Below, one piece after another: positions 25,335 through 34,864 of a stretch of 64,000 nucleotides of DNA (within the stretch, counting starts at the first letter, position 1; every line of letters begins with the position of its first letter). Made by a program: the position numbers and the translations under genes. The notes beneath the pieces are model-generated. The model was given only the letters and a program-made list of their open reading frames with translations, did no database searches and was not told the DNA's origin. The stretch comes from Candidatus Dormiibacterota bacterium (GTDB lineage: Bacteria; Chloroflexota; Dormibacteria; Dormibacterales; Dormibacteraceae), in the NCBI GenBank assembly GCA_036264335.1, contig DATARC010000170.1, positions 357 through 64,356 on the forward strand, in the 5' to 3' direction.

Positions 25335-26846
25335 ATGGCCGAGTCCGGTCGGACCCCCGAAACACCGCCCAATCCGCAGGCGACGCCGATCCCCGACTGG
25401 GCCCCTGAGCTGAATCCCGAAACGCCCGAGCCGGTCGCGGCGGCCACGCCGCCAGGCCCTCAAGCGCCGCCCGCTCCAGCTCCGAGGGCAGTCGAAGCCA
25501 CCATGCGGATGCCCACGGCCCACGCGCCAGCGGCCCCTGCCGCGGCGCAGCCACAGACCGCGCCTCCGCCCACCGCGCAGCCACCTCCTGCCCCCGCACC
25601 GGCGCCGGCGGCTGCGCCGCACCCGCTCGCCCCTACGCATCCGCCCGCGGTGCCCCGCGGCGTCGATGCCACCATGCGGTTGCCGGCTCAAGTCCCTCAC
25701 CCCGCAGCCACTCCCGCCGCCGCGCCACCCCCCGGCGGCACGCGGCAGATCGGCAAGTACCTGGTCAAGGGTGAGCTCGGGCGCGGTGGCATGGGCGCCG
25801 TGTACCTGGCGGAGCAGCCAGGCCTGGGCCGCGAGGTCGCGATCAAGGAGCTGATCCTTTCTCCAGCCGCCGACCCGACGGCCCTGATGCGCTTCCTTCA
25901 GGAGGCGCAGGTGATGGCGCGGACGAGCCATCCCAACCTCGTGCAGGTTCACGACCTCGAGCAGATCGGCGATGCGAACTACATCGTCCTGGAGTTCGTG
26001 CGCGGCCGGTCGCTGCGCGACATGGTCAGCGCCGGGCTGGTGCCTTTGCCGCAGACCTTTGCGGTGATGCATGGAGTGCTGCAGGCGCTCGACTACGCGC
26101 ACAAGCACGGGATCGTGCATCGCGACATGAAGCCTGAGAACGTGCTCCTGTCGGATGAGGGCAACGTCAAGGTCGCGGACTTCGGCATCGCCCGCCTCAC
26201 TGACGACTCTGGGCCCGGGGGCACGGCGACCAAGACAGGAACGACAGTTGGCACGCCCCAATACATGTCTCCCGAGCAGGTGGCTTCGAGCAAGGTGGAC
26301 GGCCGAAGCGACCTTTATTCGGCGGGCATCATGCTCTACGAGCTGATCGTCGGCCAGCCACCTTTCACTGCCAGCGAGGCCGACGGGCCTTTCACGCTGA
26401 TGGCCAAGCACGTGCAGGCTCCGCCGATGCCACCCTCTGTGCACCGGCCGGGATTGGACATGCGGCTCGAAGAGATGATCATGAAATCGCTCTCGAAACG
26501 GCCAGAGGAACGGTTCCAGACCGGCGAGGAATTCGACACGACGATGTCGCGCATCGCCGACCGGCTCTGTCCTGGCTGGCAGAAGAGCCTAGAGCCAGGC
26601 GCTGATCTTTCGAAGATGGTGCCGGCAACCGCAGTTGCCCAGGCGGCGTCGGTCGCCTCGCCGCTGGCGGTGCCGGCGATCGCCGAACCCGCCGTCGCCG
26701 CCGCGCCTCACGCCCAGGCCGTCTACAACCCGGCGCCGCCGGTCAAGCCGGTGGCCAAGAAGGCCACGGGGTGCATGGGCATCATCGCCGGCCTGGTCGT
26801 CCTGGCGGCGCCTTCGCTCTACCTGGTCGTCGCGCTAGTCCACTAG
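25335..26846 (+). CDS. Ser/Thr protein kinase with Pro/Ala-rich N-terminal extension and a single C-terminal TM anchor
   Basis: GRGGMGAVY, VAIK, HRDMKPEN, DFG and SPE motifs. The last ~30 aa are hydrophobic. Confidence 0.85.
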   Translation: MAESGRTPETPPNPQATPIPDWAPELNPETPEPVAAATPPGPQAPPAPAPRAVEATMRMPTAHAPAAPAAAQPQTAPPPTAQPPPAPAPAPAAAPHPLAPTHPPAVPRGVDATMRLPAQVPHPAATPAAAPPPGGTRQIGKYLVKGELGRGGMGAVYLAEQPGLGREVAIKELILSPAADPTALMRFLQEAQVMARTSHPNLVQVHDLEQIGDANYIVLEFVRGRSLRDMVSAGLVPLPQTFAVMHGVLQALDYAHKHGIVHRDMKPENVLLSDEGNVKVADFGIARLTDDSGPGGTATKTGTTVGTPQYMSPEQVASSKVDGRSDLYSAGIMLYELIVGQPPFTASEADGPFTLMAKHVQAPPMPPSVHRPGLDMRLEEMIMKSLSKRPEERFQTGEEFDTTMSRIADRLCPGWQKSLEPGADLSKMVPATAVAQAASVASPLAVPAIAEPAVAAAPHAQAVYNPAPPVKPVAKKATGCMGIIAGLVVLAAPSLYLVVALVH

Positions 26847-29113
26847 AGCCCGGCTGTCGTCGGCGTTTCTTCCGGGCCCTGGACCGGCGTGCCATAGGCC
26901 GGCGTTCCGTAAGGCGGGGTGGGCGCCACGGCGGCTTGATCCAGCGCTTGCTGCGCCGCCTCGCCGACCAGGATGTCGCGCGAGGTCGAGTTCACATTGC
27001 CGAGGATCGTCTTGTGCGTGTACTGCTGCGTGTAGGTGTCCTGCGCCAGGAGCGCCATCTCGGTGGGGAAGGGGACCCATGGAGAGGTCGGCGTTTCGCG
27101 AATCGCGGTCACCTGGTAGATGCGGAAAGTCTCGGCCGACTTGCCCTTCAGCTGAACACCAGGGACCATGTCGACCGCGATGTAGTCCTTGCACTGGTCG
27201 TAGGTCGGCTGGCCGATCAGGAGGTGGTAGGCGGGCGCGTTGGCGCAGAAGCGGGCAGCGGTGTTGACGGTGTCGCCAAGAGCCGTGTACTGCAGCCGGC
27301 TCCGGGAGCCCATGTTGCCGACGACGGCCGGACCGGTGTTGATGCCGATGCCCCAGCGGATCGGGGGCAGTCCTTTCTCCAGCAATCTCTGCTGCAGCTC
27401 CGGCGCCCGGTTGATGAGGTCGTAGGCGCAGCGGACGGCAAGAAGGGCATGGTTCTCCTGGCGCCTCGGCGCGTTCCAGAACGCGACGATCTCATCGCCG
27501 ACGTATTTGTCGACGGTGCCGTCCCAGGTGAATATGATCCCGCTCAGGTGGTCGAGATACATCTGGACCACGCTCACGACCTCGTCGGCCTCCATGCGCT
27601 CGGACATCGATGTGAAGCCGCGAACGTCGACGAACAGCAGCGTGATGTCTCGACGCTCACCGCCGCGAAGGATGTCGTCGACGCCGCCCCGCGTCTTGGC
27701 CAGCTGTGCCACGATCTCGGGCTTGAGGTAGTGGCCGAACAGGTTGGTCACCTTCCGCTTCTCGCGATCCTCGTAGAGGAACCGGTATGCGGTCACGCCG
27801 GTGTAAACGAGCGCGATTGCCAGCAGCGGGTGGAAGACGTCGGGCACGATGTTGGTGGTCCATTGCAACGTGGCAAGCGCCAGGGTTGCGACAACGAGAG
27901 CCGCCGCGGTGACCAGGAGTCCCCACAACACCGAGACCCGCGCGACCGCCAGCGCCGTCAGCAGGCTGAGCACGAGGATCAAGGTGAAGACCAGCCAGGG
28001 TGGCTCCGGTGTCAGCAGCGCAGAAGGAGTCCCGGCGACCGGCTGCGCGTGGTCGAACATCTGGATGACGTTCGCGTGCAGCTCGATGCCCTGCATCGGC
28101 AGCGTGTCATTGCTGCCCGCGCTGGTGGTGACCAGCTGCTGGTCGTTGACGCCTGACAGCCCGTAATAACCGACGAGGACGATCTTGCCCTTGATTGCGG
28201 CAGCGTCCGCGGTGCCGTTCCATACGCTCGCAAAATCGATGTAGTTGTCCTTGCCGGCATAGTTGCCGGGCGGGCCTGAGAAATTGATCTGTGTGGATCC
28301 GGTGTTGTCGACCGGCGCCGTCCATGCGGTGGTGAAGGTCGCGGTGCCGTCTGACTCTTTGACACTGACCCCGTTCTTGAAGTCCGTGCCCAGGGCCGCC
28401 GCCCCGAAGGTGGCCAGCCCGAATGTGTTGATGACCGGCAGGTTGCATGTCCCTCCTGAAAAGCAGGCCGGTTGCACGAAGAGGGGAATCCGCCGGACGA
28501 CTCCATCGGCGTCGAGCTGGACGTCGGTGGACGCGAGGATCACGTTCTTGTCCGGTTGCTGGCACGCCACCCTGGGCGTTTCGGCGCTGTTGGCGTCCGA
28601 GCACCAGAACTGCTTGAGCGGGATCTGGTCGATGCCTGGACATCCGGCCGTTTTGCTGGAGCATTGAACGAGCTTGCCGTCGGCGACGTAGGTGCCGGAG
28701 CCCTCGTACGAAAGGACCACAGGAATCGTGCTTGCTTTCAGGGCTGATGCAAACACAGTGTCTTTGTTGTCGTGCGGGTCCGTGAAGCCGACGTCGAAGG
28801 CGACCACGAGAGCGCCATCCTTTTCGAGGTTCTGCAGGACCTGGGCGTATCTGTCGCGGGGGATCGGGTAGCTCCCGATGGCCGCGACGCTGGCATTGTC
28901 GATCCCGACGATGACGATCCCGGGGTCCGGCTTCCCGTAGCCCATGAACCGGTCCTCAGGATGGACCGAGACCTTCACCGCGCATGTGCCGATGTGTGTG
29001 TCGCATGCGACCTGCTGGGTGTACAGCCCGTACGTGACAAGGGTTAGGGCAAGGCCCAGCAACAGGGCCACCACCAGGCGGTACGTGTACCAGTAGCGGA
29101 TGTAGCGGCCCAC
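26843..29113 (-). CDS. CHASE2-sensor class III adenylate/guanylate cyclase (paralogue of 14055..16034)
   Basis: Same architecture as 14055..16034. FVDVRGFT, DKYVGDE and GDTVNTAAR motifs. Confidence 0.85.
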   Translation of the reverse strand: MGRYIRYWYTYRLVVALLLGLALTLVTYGLYTQQVACDTHIGTCAVKVSVHPEDRFMGYGKPDPGIVIVGIDNASVAAIGSYPIPRDRYAQVLQNLEKDGALVVAFDVGFTDPHDNKDTVFASALKASTIPVVLSYEGSGTYVADGKLVQCSSKTAGCPGIDQIPLKQFWCSDANSAETPRVACQQPDKNVILASTDVQLDADGVVRRIPLFVQPACFSGGTCNLPVINTFGLATFGAAALGTDFKNGVSVKESDGTATFTTAWTAPVDNTGSTQINFSGPPGNYAGKDNYIDFASVWNGTADAAAIKGKIVLVGYYGLSGVNDQQLVTTSAGSNDTLPMQGIELHANVIQMFDHAQPVAGTPSALLTPEPPWLVFTLILVLSLLTALAVARVSVLWGLLVTAAALVVATLALATLQWTTNIVPDVFHPLLAIALVYTGVTAYRFLYEDREKRKVTNLFGHYLKPEIVAQLAKTRGGVDDILRGGERRDITLLFVDVRGFTSMSERMEADEVVSVVQMYLDHLSGIIFTWDGTVDKYVGDEIVAFWNAPRRQENHALLAVRCAYDLINRAPELQQRLLEKGLPPIRWGIGINTGPAVVGNMGSRSRLQYTALGDTVNTAARFCANAPAYHLLIGQPTYDQCKDYIAVDMVPGVQLKGKSAETFRIYQVTAIRETPTSPWVPFPTEMALLAQDTYTQQYTHKTILGNVNSTSRDILVGEAAQQALDQAAVAPTPPYGTPAYGTPVQGPEETPTTAGL

Positions 29114-29177
29114 GGAGCGGTCGGATCATAGCGCCCGTACGGGATAAACCCGGCCTACATGCGACATTAGTAACGAG

Positions 29178-30080
29178 TTGACAGTGCGTTGCGGCATCGC
29201 GGGGTGGATCGACAAGTCGCTGATCGACTCCAAGCTCTTCTATCCGATGAACGCGACGTCATCGGAGGAGCGCCTGCATTTCTACGCCTCCGAGTTCTCC
29301 CTGGTCGAGGTCGACTCCACCTACTATGGGATGCCCAAGGTCGAGAACTCTGAGCTCTGGGTGGCGCGGACCGAGCCGGGCTTCCTGTTCGACGTCAAAT
29401 CCTTCTCCCTCTTCACCAACCACCCAACCAAGCCGATGGCCCTGCCCAAGGACATCCGCGAGCAGCTACCGGACAACCTGCGCGAAAAGAACATCTACCT
29501 CGAGCAGATGCCTGATGAGCTGCTCGACGAGTCGTGGGAGCGCTTTCGCGCCGCCCTGGAACCGCTTCGCGCTGCGGGCCGCCTGGGTGCTGTCTTCTTC
29601 CAGTTCCCGCCATGGTTCCTGCCTTCGTCGCGGTCGCTGGCCTACATCGAGCAGGTCCAGGAGCGAATGTTTGGATTCCAGGTCGCGGTCGAGCTGCGCA
29701 AACCGGAGTGGATGGACGCCCGCCACCGCGATGGAACGCTGGCGTTCTTGCGCACGCGCGACATTCCTTATGTCGCCGTCGACGTGCCGCCCGGCCACAA
29801 GAGCAGCATGCCGCCAGTCTTCGAGGTGACCTCCAGCAAGCTGGCCGTGGTGCGGTTCCACGGGCGCAACCACGAGACGTGGGACCTGAAGGGTGCGCCG
29901 CCGAACCTACGCTTCCGCCACGACTACAAGGACGAGGAGCTGCAGGAATGGGTGCCGCGCATCAAGGAGATGGAGCGGTCGGCGAAAGAGGTCCACGCGA
30001 TCATGAACAACAACTACTCGAACTACTCGGTCAAGAACGCGCACCGCCTGGAGGAGCTGCTGGCGGCCTGGCAGAAGTAG
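29178..30080 (+). CDS. DUF72 (UPF0759) family protein
   Basis: FYASEFSLVEVDSTYY and FQFPPWF motifs. Start is TTG 29178 or GTG 29184. Confidence 0.75.
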   Translation: MTVRCGIAGWIDKSLIDSKLFYPMNATSSEERLHFYASEFSLVEVDSTYYGMPKVENSELWVARTEPGFLFDVKSFSLFTNHPTKPMALPKDIREQLPDNLREKNIYLEQMPDELLDESWERFRAALEPLRAAGRLGAVFFQFPPWFLPSSRSLAYIEQVQERMFGFQVAVELRKPEWMDARHRDGTLAFLRTRDIPYVAVDVPPGHKSSMPPVFEVTSSKLAVVRFHGRNHETWDLKGAPPNLRFRHDYKDEELQEWVPRIKEMERSAKEVHAIMNNNYSNYSVKNAHRLEELLAAWQK

Positions 30081-30082
30081 CC

Positions 30083-30880
30083 TTACCGGTCGAGCCCCGT
30101 GCCGCTCAGGTGCGGGGATTTCAGCCGCCTTGCCTCGCCCAGCCCATGGTCCATCAATCCCCCCAGCAGCGGCTCTGCCAGGTGGGCGAAACGCAACGGC
30201 ATCACCATCGCGTCGCGCCTTGGGAACTGGGCGGTGCGAACGATGAGGTTGGCGACCCAGGACGCCGAGTACTTGGGGCCGACAGGAACCTCTGTCGATT
30301 CGAAGAACTCCGTGTCGGTCACGCCTGGATAGACGACGCACACCTTCACGCCGGTTCCCGACAGCTCCCCACGCAAGGCATGCGACAGGCCGACGACCGC
30401 GTGCTTGGTGGCTGAGTACACCGCGGAATAGGGCGACGCGCGAAAGCCGACCACCGACGCGACGTTGATGATCACGCCACTACGCCTCGCCAGCATCCCG
30501 GGCAACACTGCCTGCGTCGTCGTGATGAGGCCTTTCAGGTTGGTGGCGATGAGCTCTTCGACCTTCTCTTCCGGCATCTCGTGAAGGCGGCCTACCCAGC
30601 CGACGCCGGCGTTGTTGACGAGCACGTCGATCCGGTCGTGATCGCGCAGGGCCGACGCCACGAAGGCGCGCGCATCGTCCGACTGACCGACGTCGAGACG
30701 GCGCACGCTGACGTCCGGCGACCCCTGCGCCAGGCACGTTTTGGCGACAGCGTTGAGGCGGTCGAGACGGCGCGCTCCCAGCGCCAGGCGCGCCTTCTTC
30801 TTGGCGAACGCGATCGCCGTCGCCTTGCCGATGCCGCTCGACGCGCCGGTCACAAGGACCACAGAGTTCTTCAAGCGCAC
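30083..30880 (-). CDS. Short-chain dehydrogenase/reductase
   Basis: TGASSGIG and YSATK motifs. Confidence 0.85.
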   Translation of the reverse strand: MRLKNSVVLVTGASSGIGKATAIAFAKKKARLALGARRLDRLNAVAKTCLAQGSPDVSVRRLDVGQSDDARAFVASALRDHDRIDVLVNNAGVGWVGRLHEMPEEKVEELIATNLKGLITTTQAVLPGMLARRSGVIINVASVVGFRASPYSAVYSATKHAVVGLSHALRGELSGTGVKVCVVYPGVTDTEFFESTEVPVGPKYSASWVANLIVRTAQFPRRDAMVMPLRFAHLAEPLLGGLMDHGLGEARRLKSPHLSGTGLDR

Positions 30881-30931
30881 GTTCGTAGCTTAGGTGGGGC
30901 CGAGATCAGGTTCGGCCGTAATCTAGTGCTC

Positions 30932-31969
30932 ATGAAGGCGCTGACCTTTCAGGGTGAGGGCGACGTCAAGGTGATGGACGTCCCCAAGCCAACCATCAAG
31001 GGCACGGGCGAAGCGCTCGTGAAGGTCACGCTCGGCGCAGTCTGCGGATCTGACCTCCACATCCTCCATGGGCACACGCCGATCAACCAGGGCGCTGTCC
31101 TGGGCCACGAGTTTGTCGGCGTGATCGAGGAGGTCGGCGGCGAGGTCAAGCGATTCAGGCCCGGCGACCGCGTCGTCGCCAGCTTCTTCACCTCTTGTGG
31201 CCACTGCGCCCTCTGCCGCAAGGGCTGGTTCAACCAGTGCGTCGAAAAAGGCACCTTCGGACACGGCGAGTACTTCGGCGATCTCGGCGGCGGTCAGGCG
31301 GAGTACGTGGTCGTGCCCAACGCCGACCATTCGATGGAGCCGATACCCGCCGCGTTGTCCGACGAGCAGGCGATATTCGTCGGCGACATCCTCTCGACGG
31401 GATTCTTCGGGGCCGAGCGGGCGGAGATCAAGCCTGGCGATGTGGTCGCTATCGTGGGCGCCGGACCCGTCGGGCTCATGGCCACCATGTGCGCGCAGCT
31501 GTTCGGGCCTTCACGCACCTTCGTCGTCGACATGGTCGATTCGCGGCTCGAGATCGCGCAGGGGCTGGGCGCCATCCCCATCAACGCCGGCCAGGTTCAT
31601 CCGGTGGAGGCGATCCAGGGCCACACGGGCGGCCTCGGCGCCGACGCCAGCATCGAGTGCGTCGGTCTGCTTTCCGCCGTCGATACGGCCATCCAGAGCG
31701 TCCGTGGAGGAGGCACGATCTCAATGGTCGGCGTACCCAGCACCGTGCTCGGCGACTTTCCCTACATGCAGATGTGGCTGAAGTCCCTCACGTTCCGCGC
31801 CGGCTGGTGCAACGTCCAGGCCTACATGCGGCCGCTGCTCGATCTCATCGCGGCGGGGCGTCTGAAGCCCGAGTCGATCATCAGCCACCGCATGAAGCTG
31901 GATGACGCCGAAGAGGCCTATCGCATCTTTGACGCGCGCGAAGCCACGAAGATCGTCCTGACGCCATAA
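30932..31969 (+). CDS. Zinc-dependent alcohol dehydrogenase family protein
   Basis: CGSDLH, GHEFVG and GAGPVG motifs, with a structural Zn site (CGHCALC). ATG 30932 chosen inside track ORF 30581..31969. Confidence 0.85.
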   Translation: MKALTFQGEGDVKVMDVPKPTIKGTGEALVKVTLGAVCGSDLHILHGHTPINQGAVLGHEFVGVIEEVGGEVKRFRPGDRVVASFFTSCGHCALCRKGWFNQCVEKGTFGHGEYFGDLGGGQAEYVVVPNADHSMEPIPAALSDEQAIFVGDILSTGFFGAERAEIKPGDVVAIVGAGPVGLMATMCAQLFGPSRTFVVDMVDSRLEIAQGLGAIPINAGQVHPVEAIQGHTGGLGADASIECVGLLSAVDTAIQSVRGGGTISMVGVPSTVLGDFPYMQMWLKSLTFRAGWCNVQAYMRPLLDLIAAGRLKPESIISHRMKLDDAEEAYRIFDAREATKIVLTP

Positions 31970-31985
31970 AGCTGCCGCCCGGGTC

Positions 31986-32507
31986 CTAGCTCGGAGCAGT
32001 CGCCCCCTGGTCGATCGCCATGAGGTAGCCCCGTGCGCGCTCCGTCAGCGGGTAGCGGTTCTCCATCTCGTGAAAGCCGGCGCCGTGGTCGCTGTGCTCG
32101 AGGTGGGCCATCTCGTGGACGAGCAGGTAGTCGATGACCCAGTCCGGGAGCGATGCCGCGCGTGTGGCGATCCTGATCGCGCCGGTCGTGAACGTGCAGC
32201 TTCCCCACAGGTGGGACATGTCGGCAAAGGCGACCGAGCTCCAACGCAGCCGGCCGGCGAAATGCCGCTCGTTGAGGGCGCGGGCGCGGGTGACGAGCCG
32301 GGCATCGGAGGGCAGGGTCCGCTGCATCCGCTTGGCCAGGCGGACGCGCATCTCCTCAGCCCACCTCTCGCGCTCCACGTGTGGCATCCAATCGGGCACG
32401 AGGAGCTCCAGGACGCCGGAGCGGAGTCGCGCGGCAACCGTGCGCCGCCGCCTGCGGCTGGACACGATGCGAACCGGTGGCGCGAACTGTGGTGGGTTGA
32501 TTTCCAA
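31986..32507 (-). CDS. YgjP-like/DUF45 zinc metallopeptidase-fold protein
   Basis: HEMAHLEH motif near the C-terminus. Confidence 0.7.
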   Translation of the reverse strand: MEINPPQFAPPVRIVSSRRRRRTVAARLRSGVLELLVPDWMPHVERERWAEEMRVRLAKRMQRTLPSDARLVTRARALNERHFAGRLRWSSVAFADMSHLWGSCTFTTGAIRIATRAASLPDWVIDYLLVHEMAHLEHSDHGAGFHEMENRYPLTERARGYLMAIDQGATAPS

Positions 32508-32639
32508 GACGTTGTGCTCCGTTCAGTGCTGTGACGTTTCGCCGATTGTAAGCGCGCCGGCCCAGATACGGAACCGCGGCCGTTAAGAGCTTCCGGAGAT
32601 TGTGATCGCCGGTGCCGCGAGTACGATTGCGCGCAAAGC

Positions 32640-34655
32640 GTGCCTAGAAGCCTCGTCGTCGGAAATGGCAACGTGCTCGTGGGCTTCGACGCCAACTACT
32701 CGGTACGCGACATCTACTTTCCGCGGGTCGGCGATGCCAACCAGACGATGGGCAACGTTTGCCGAACGGGCTTCTTCATCGACGGCAAGTTCGCGTGGGT
32801 CGAAGACAGCGGCTGGGAGCGGCAGCTCGGCTACGCGGAGGACTCATTGGTCACCGCGGTCACGCTGAAGAACGCCCGCCTGGGGATCAGCGTCAAGTTC
32901 CAGGATTTCGTCGACATGGCGCGCAACTGGTTCATCCGCAGCATCGAGGTCTCGAGCGAGACCGGCTTCAACACCGGCCGGGTCTTTTTTCATTACGACT
33001 GGTACATCGAAGGCTCAGACCTCGGCAACACGGTTGCCTACGATCCCCGCCATAAGGCCGTCATCGCCTACAAGGCGAACCGGTACTTCCTCGTCGGCGG
33101 TGATCCCGGACCTGGTTTCGGCATCGACATGTGGGCCAACGGCAAGAAGGGGGGCAGCCTCGCCGGGACCTGGGTTGACGCCCAGGATGGCGAGCTCGGC
33201 CGGAACCCGATCGAGCAGGGCTCGGTCGACTGCACGGTCGGCTTCAACCTCGTGCCGGTGGCTCCCGGCGGTCCATGTGTCGTTACGCACTGGGTGTGCA
33301 TGGGAGCCCGGCTCAGCGAGGTGACCGTGTACGGCCAGGACCTGATCATCGGCAAGGGGCCCGACACATACATGGGCCGCACGGTCACCTACTGGCAGGT
33401 GTGGTCGGAAAAAGACCACAGGCACATCGACGAAGAGCTTGGTGGCGAGGTGACGAAGCTCTACCGCCGGTCGATCCTGACCGCCCGAACCCACGTTGAC
33501 AATCACGGCGCGATCATCGCGGCCACCGATTTCGACATCACAAAGTTCGCGCGCGACACGTACGCGTATGCATGGCCCAGGGACGGCGCACTGGTCGCCA
33601 ACGCGCTCGACCGGGCGGGACATGAGGATGTGACCCGCAACTTTTTCACGTACTGCCAGCAATGCCTGGTCGAGGAAGGCTTCTTCCTGCACAAGTACAC
33701 GGCCTACGGCCTTCCCGGAAGCTCGTGGCTGCCCTGGGTCGATCGCGACGGGAACATCACCCTGCCGATCCAGGAGGATGAGACCGGCCTGGTCCTCTGG
33801 GCCCTGTGGCAGCACTTCAGGATTCACCGCAACCTGGATTTCATCGTCGAGCTGTACACGACGCTGGTCGTGCCTGCCGCCGACTGGATGGTCACTTATG
33901 TCGACGAGCGGAACGGCCTGATCAAACCGTCATGGGACCTCTGGGAGGAGCGCTGGGGAGTTCACGCGTTCACGGTCGGCGCGGTCTGGGGCGGTCTGGA
34001 CGCGGCGCGCAGCTTCGCCGAGCTGTTTGGCGACGTCGCCAGCGTGGTGCGCTACCGGGATGCCGCGGACCGGCTGCGCGAGGCTGCCGACGCCTGCCTC
34101 TTCAGCCCCGACCTCGGCCGGTTCGCGCGAAGAGTCGCTGTCGAGAAAGACGGAACCCTGACCGTGGACCTGGTCAACGACAGCGCCGTCTACGGACTGT
34201 GGCGGTTCGGCATGTACGCGCCCGACGAGCCACGCATCGTACAGACGATGAAATCGATCAGTGAAGAGCTGTCCAACAACGGGCCGGCCGGGGGCTTCGC
34301 CCGCTACCGGGACGACTACTACTTCAAGGTCGATCCCGATACGAAGAAGGTGCCTGGCAACCCCTGGTTCATCTGCACGCTATGGATGGCGCAGTGGTAC
34401 ATCGCGACCGCCAAGACGGCGCACGACCTGAAGCCCGCGCGAGACATCATCAACTGGGTGGTGGCGCACCAGCTGCCCGGCGGCCTGCTGTCGGAGCAGC
34501 TGGATCCAAACACCGGCGCGCCCCTGTCCGTGTCGCCGCTGACGTGGTCGGCGGCGGAGCTGATCGCCACCGTCGACGAGTTCTGCAGGCGATCGGAGCG
34601 GGTCAGGCGTTCAGCGCTGTCGACCGTCCCGCCCGCGCCGGCGAAGCAGTCCTGA
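32640..34655 (+). CDS. Glycoside hydrolase family 15 (glucoamylase/trehalase-like)
   Basis: YAWPRDGA motif. The (alpha/alpha)6 catalytic region is typical of GH15. Confidence 0.8.
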   Translation: MPRSLVVGNGNVLVGFDANYSVRDIYFPRVGDANQTMGNVCRTGFFIDGKFAWVEDSGWERQLGYAEDSLVTAVTLKNARLGISVKFQDFVDMARNWFIRSIEVSSETGFNTGRVFFHYDWYIEGSDLGNTVAYDPRHKAVIAYKANRYFLVGGDPGPGFGIDMWANGKKGGSLAGTWVDAQDGELGRNPIEQGSVDCTVGFNLVPVAPGGPCVVTHWVCMGARLSEVTVYGQDLIIGKGPDTYMGRTVTYWQVWSEKDHRHIDEELGGEVTKLYRRSILTARTHVDNHGAIIAATDFDITKFARDTYAYAWPRDGALVANALDRAGHEDVTRNFFTYCQQCLVEEGFFLHKYTAYGLPGSSWLPWVDRDGNITLPIQEDETGLVLWALWQHFRIHRNLDFIVELYTTLVVPAADWMVTYVDERNGLIKPSWDLWEERWGVHAFTVGAVWGGLDAARSFAELFGDVASVVRYRDAADRLREAADACLFSPDLGRFARRVAVEKDGTLTVDLVNDSAVYGLWRFGMYAPDEPRIVQTMKSISEELSNNGPAGGFARYRDDYYFKVDPDTKKVPGNPWFICTLWMAQWYIATAKTAHDLKPARDIINWVVAHQLPGGLLSEQLDPNTGAPLSVSPLTWSAAELIATVDEFCRRSERVRRSALSTVPPAPAKQS

Positions 34656-34692
34656 CGGCACATATCTAAACGTAAGCTAGCGTGGCAGGGTT

Positions 34693-34720
34693 GGCCGGGG
34701 TTTCCCCGGCCATTACTTTG
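34693..34720 (+). terminator. Intrinsic terminator candidate downstream of GH15
   Basis: GGCCGGGG-ttt-CCCCGGCC followed by attactttg. Confidence 0.6.
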
Positions 34721-34821
34721 TCCCATGGCTCGCCAAACGCAGCGAGGAGTAGTCGCCTAAAACAAGTTCGATCCATATGCCGGAATAAGAGCAGCCGCGC
34801 GCGAAGCGCCCGGCGATGAGA

Positions 34822-34863
34822 GAAGACCATCTGGGTCTTCATAAGGCGGGTCGAAGACCCGCC
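34822..34863 (-). terminator. Tandem hairpins downstream of the carboxyltransferase gene
   Basis: ggcgggtc-gaa-gacccgcc (34845-34863) and gaagacc-atctg-ggtcttc (34822-34840). Confidence 0.5.
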
Positions 34864-34864
34864 G

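Noticed and set aside
34656-34864. A possible small RNA gene or riboswitch in the 209-nt GH15 / carboxyltransferase intergenic region.
   Set aside because: I could match no known RNA family motif by eye. The hairpins are adequately explained as terminators of the two convergent genes. I kept only the alternative-pairing observation, as a low-interest finding.
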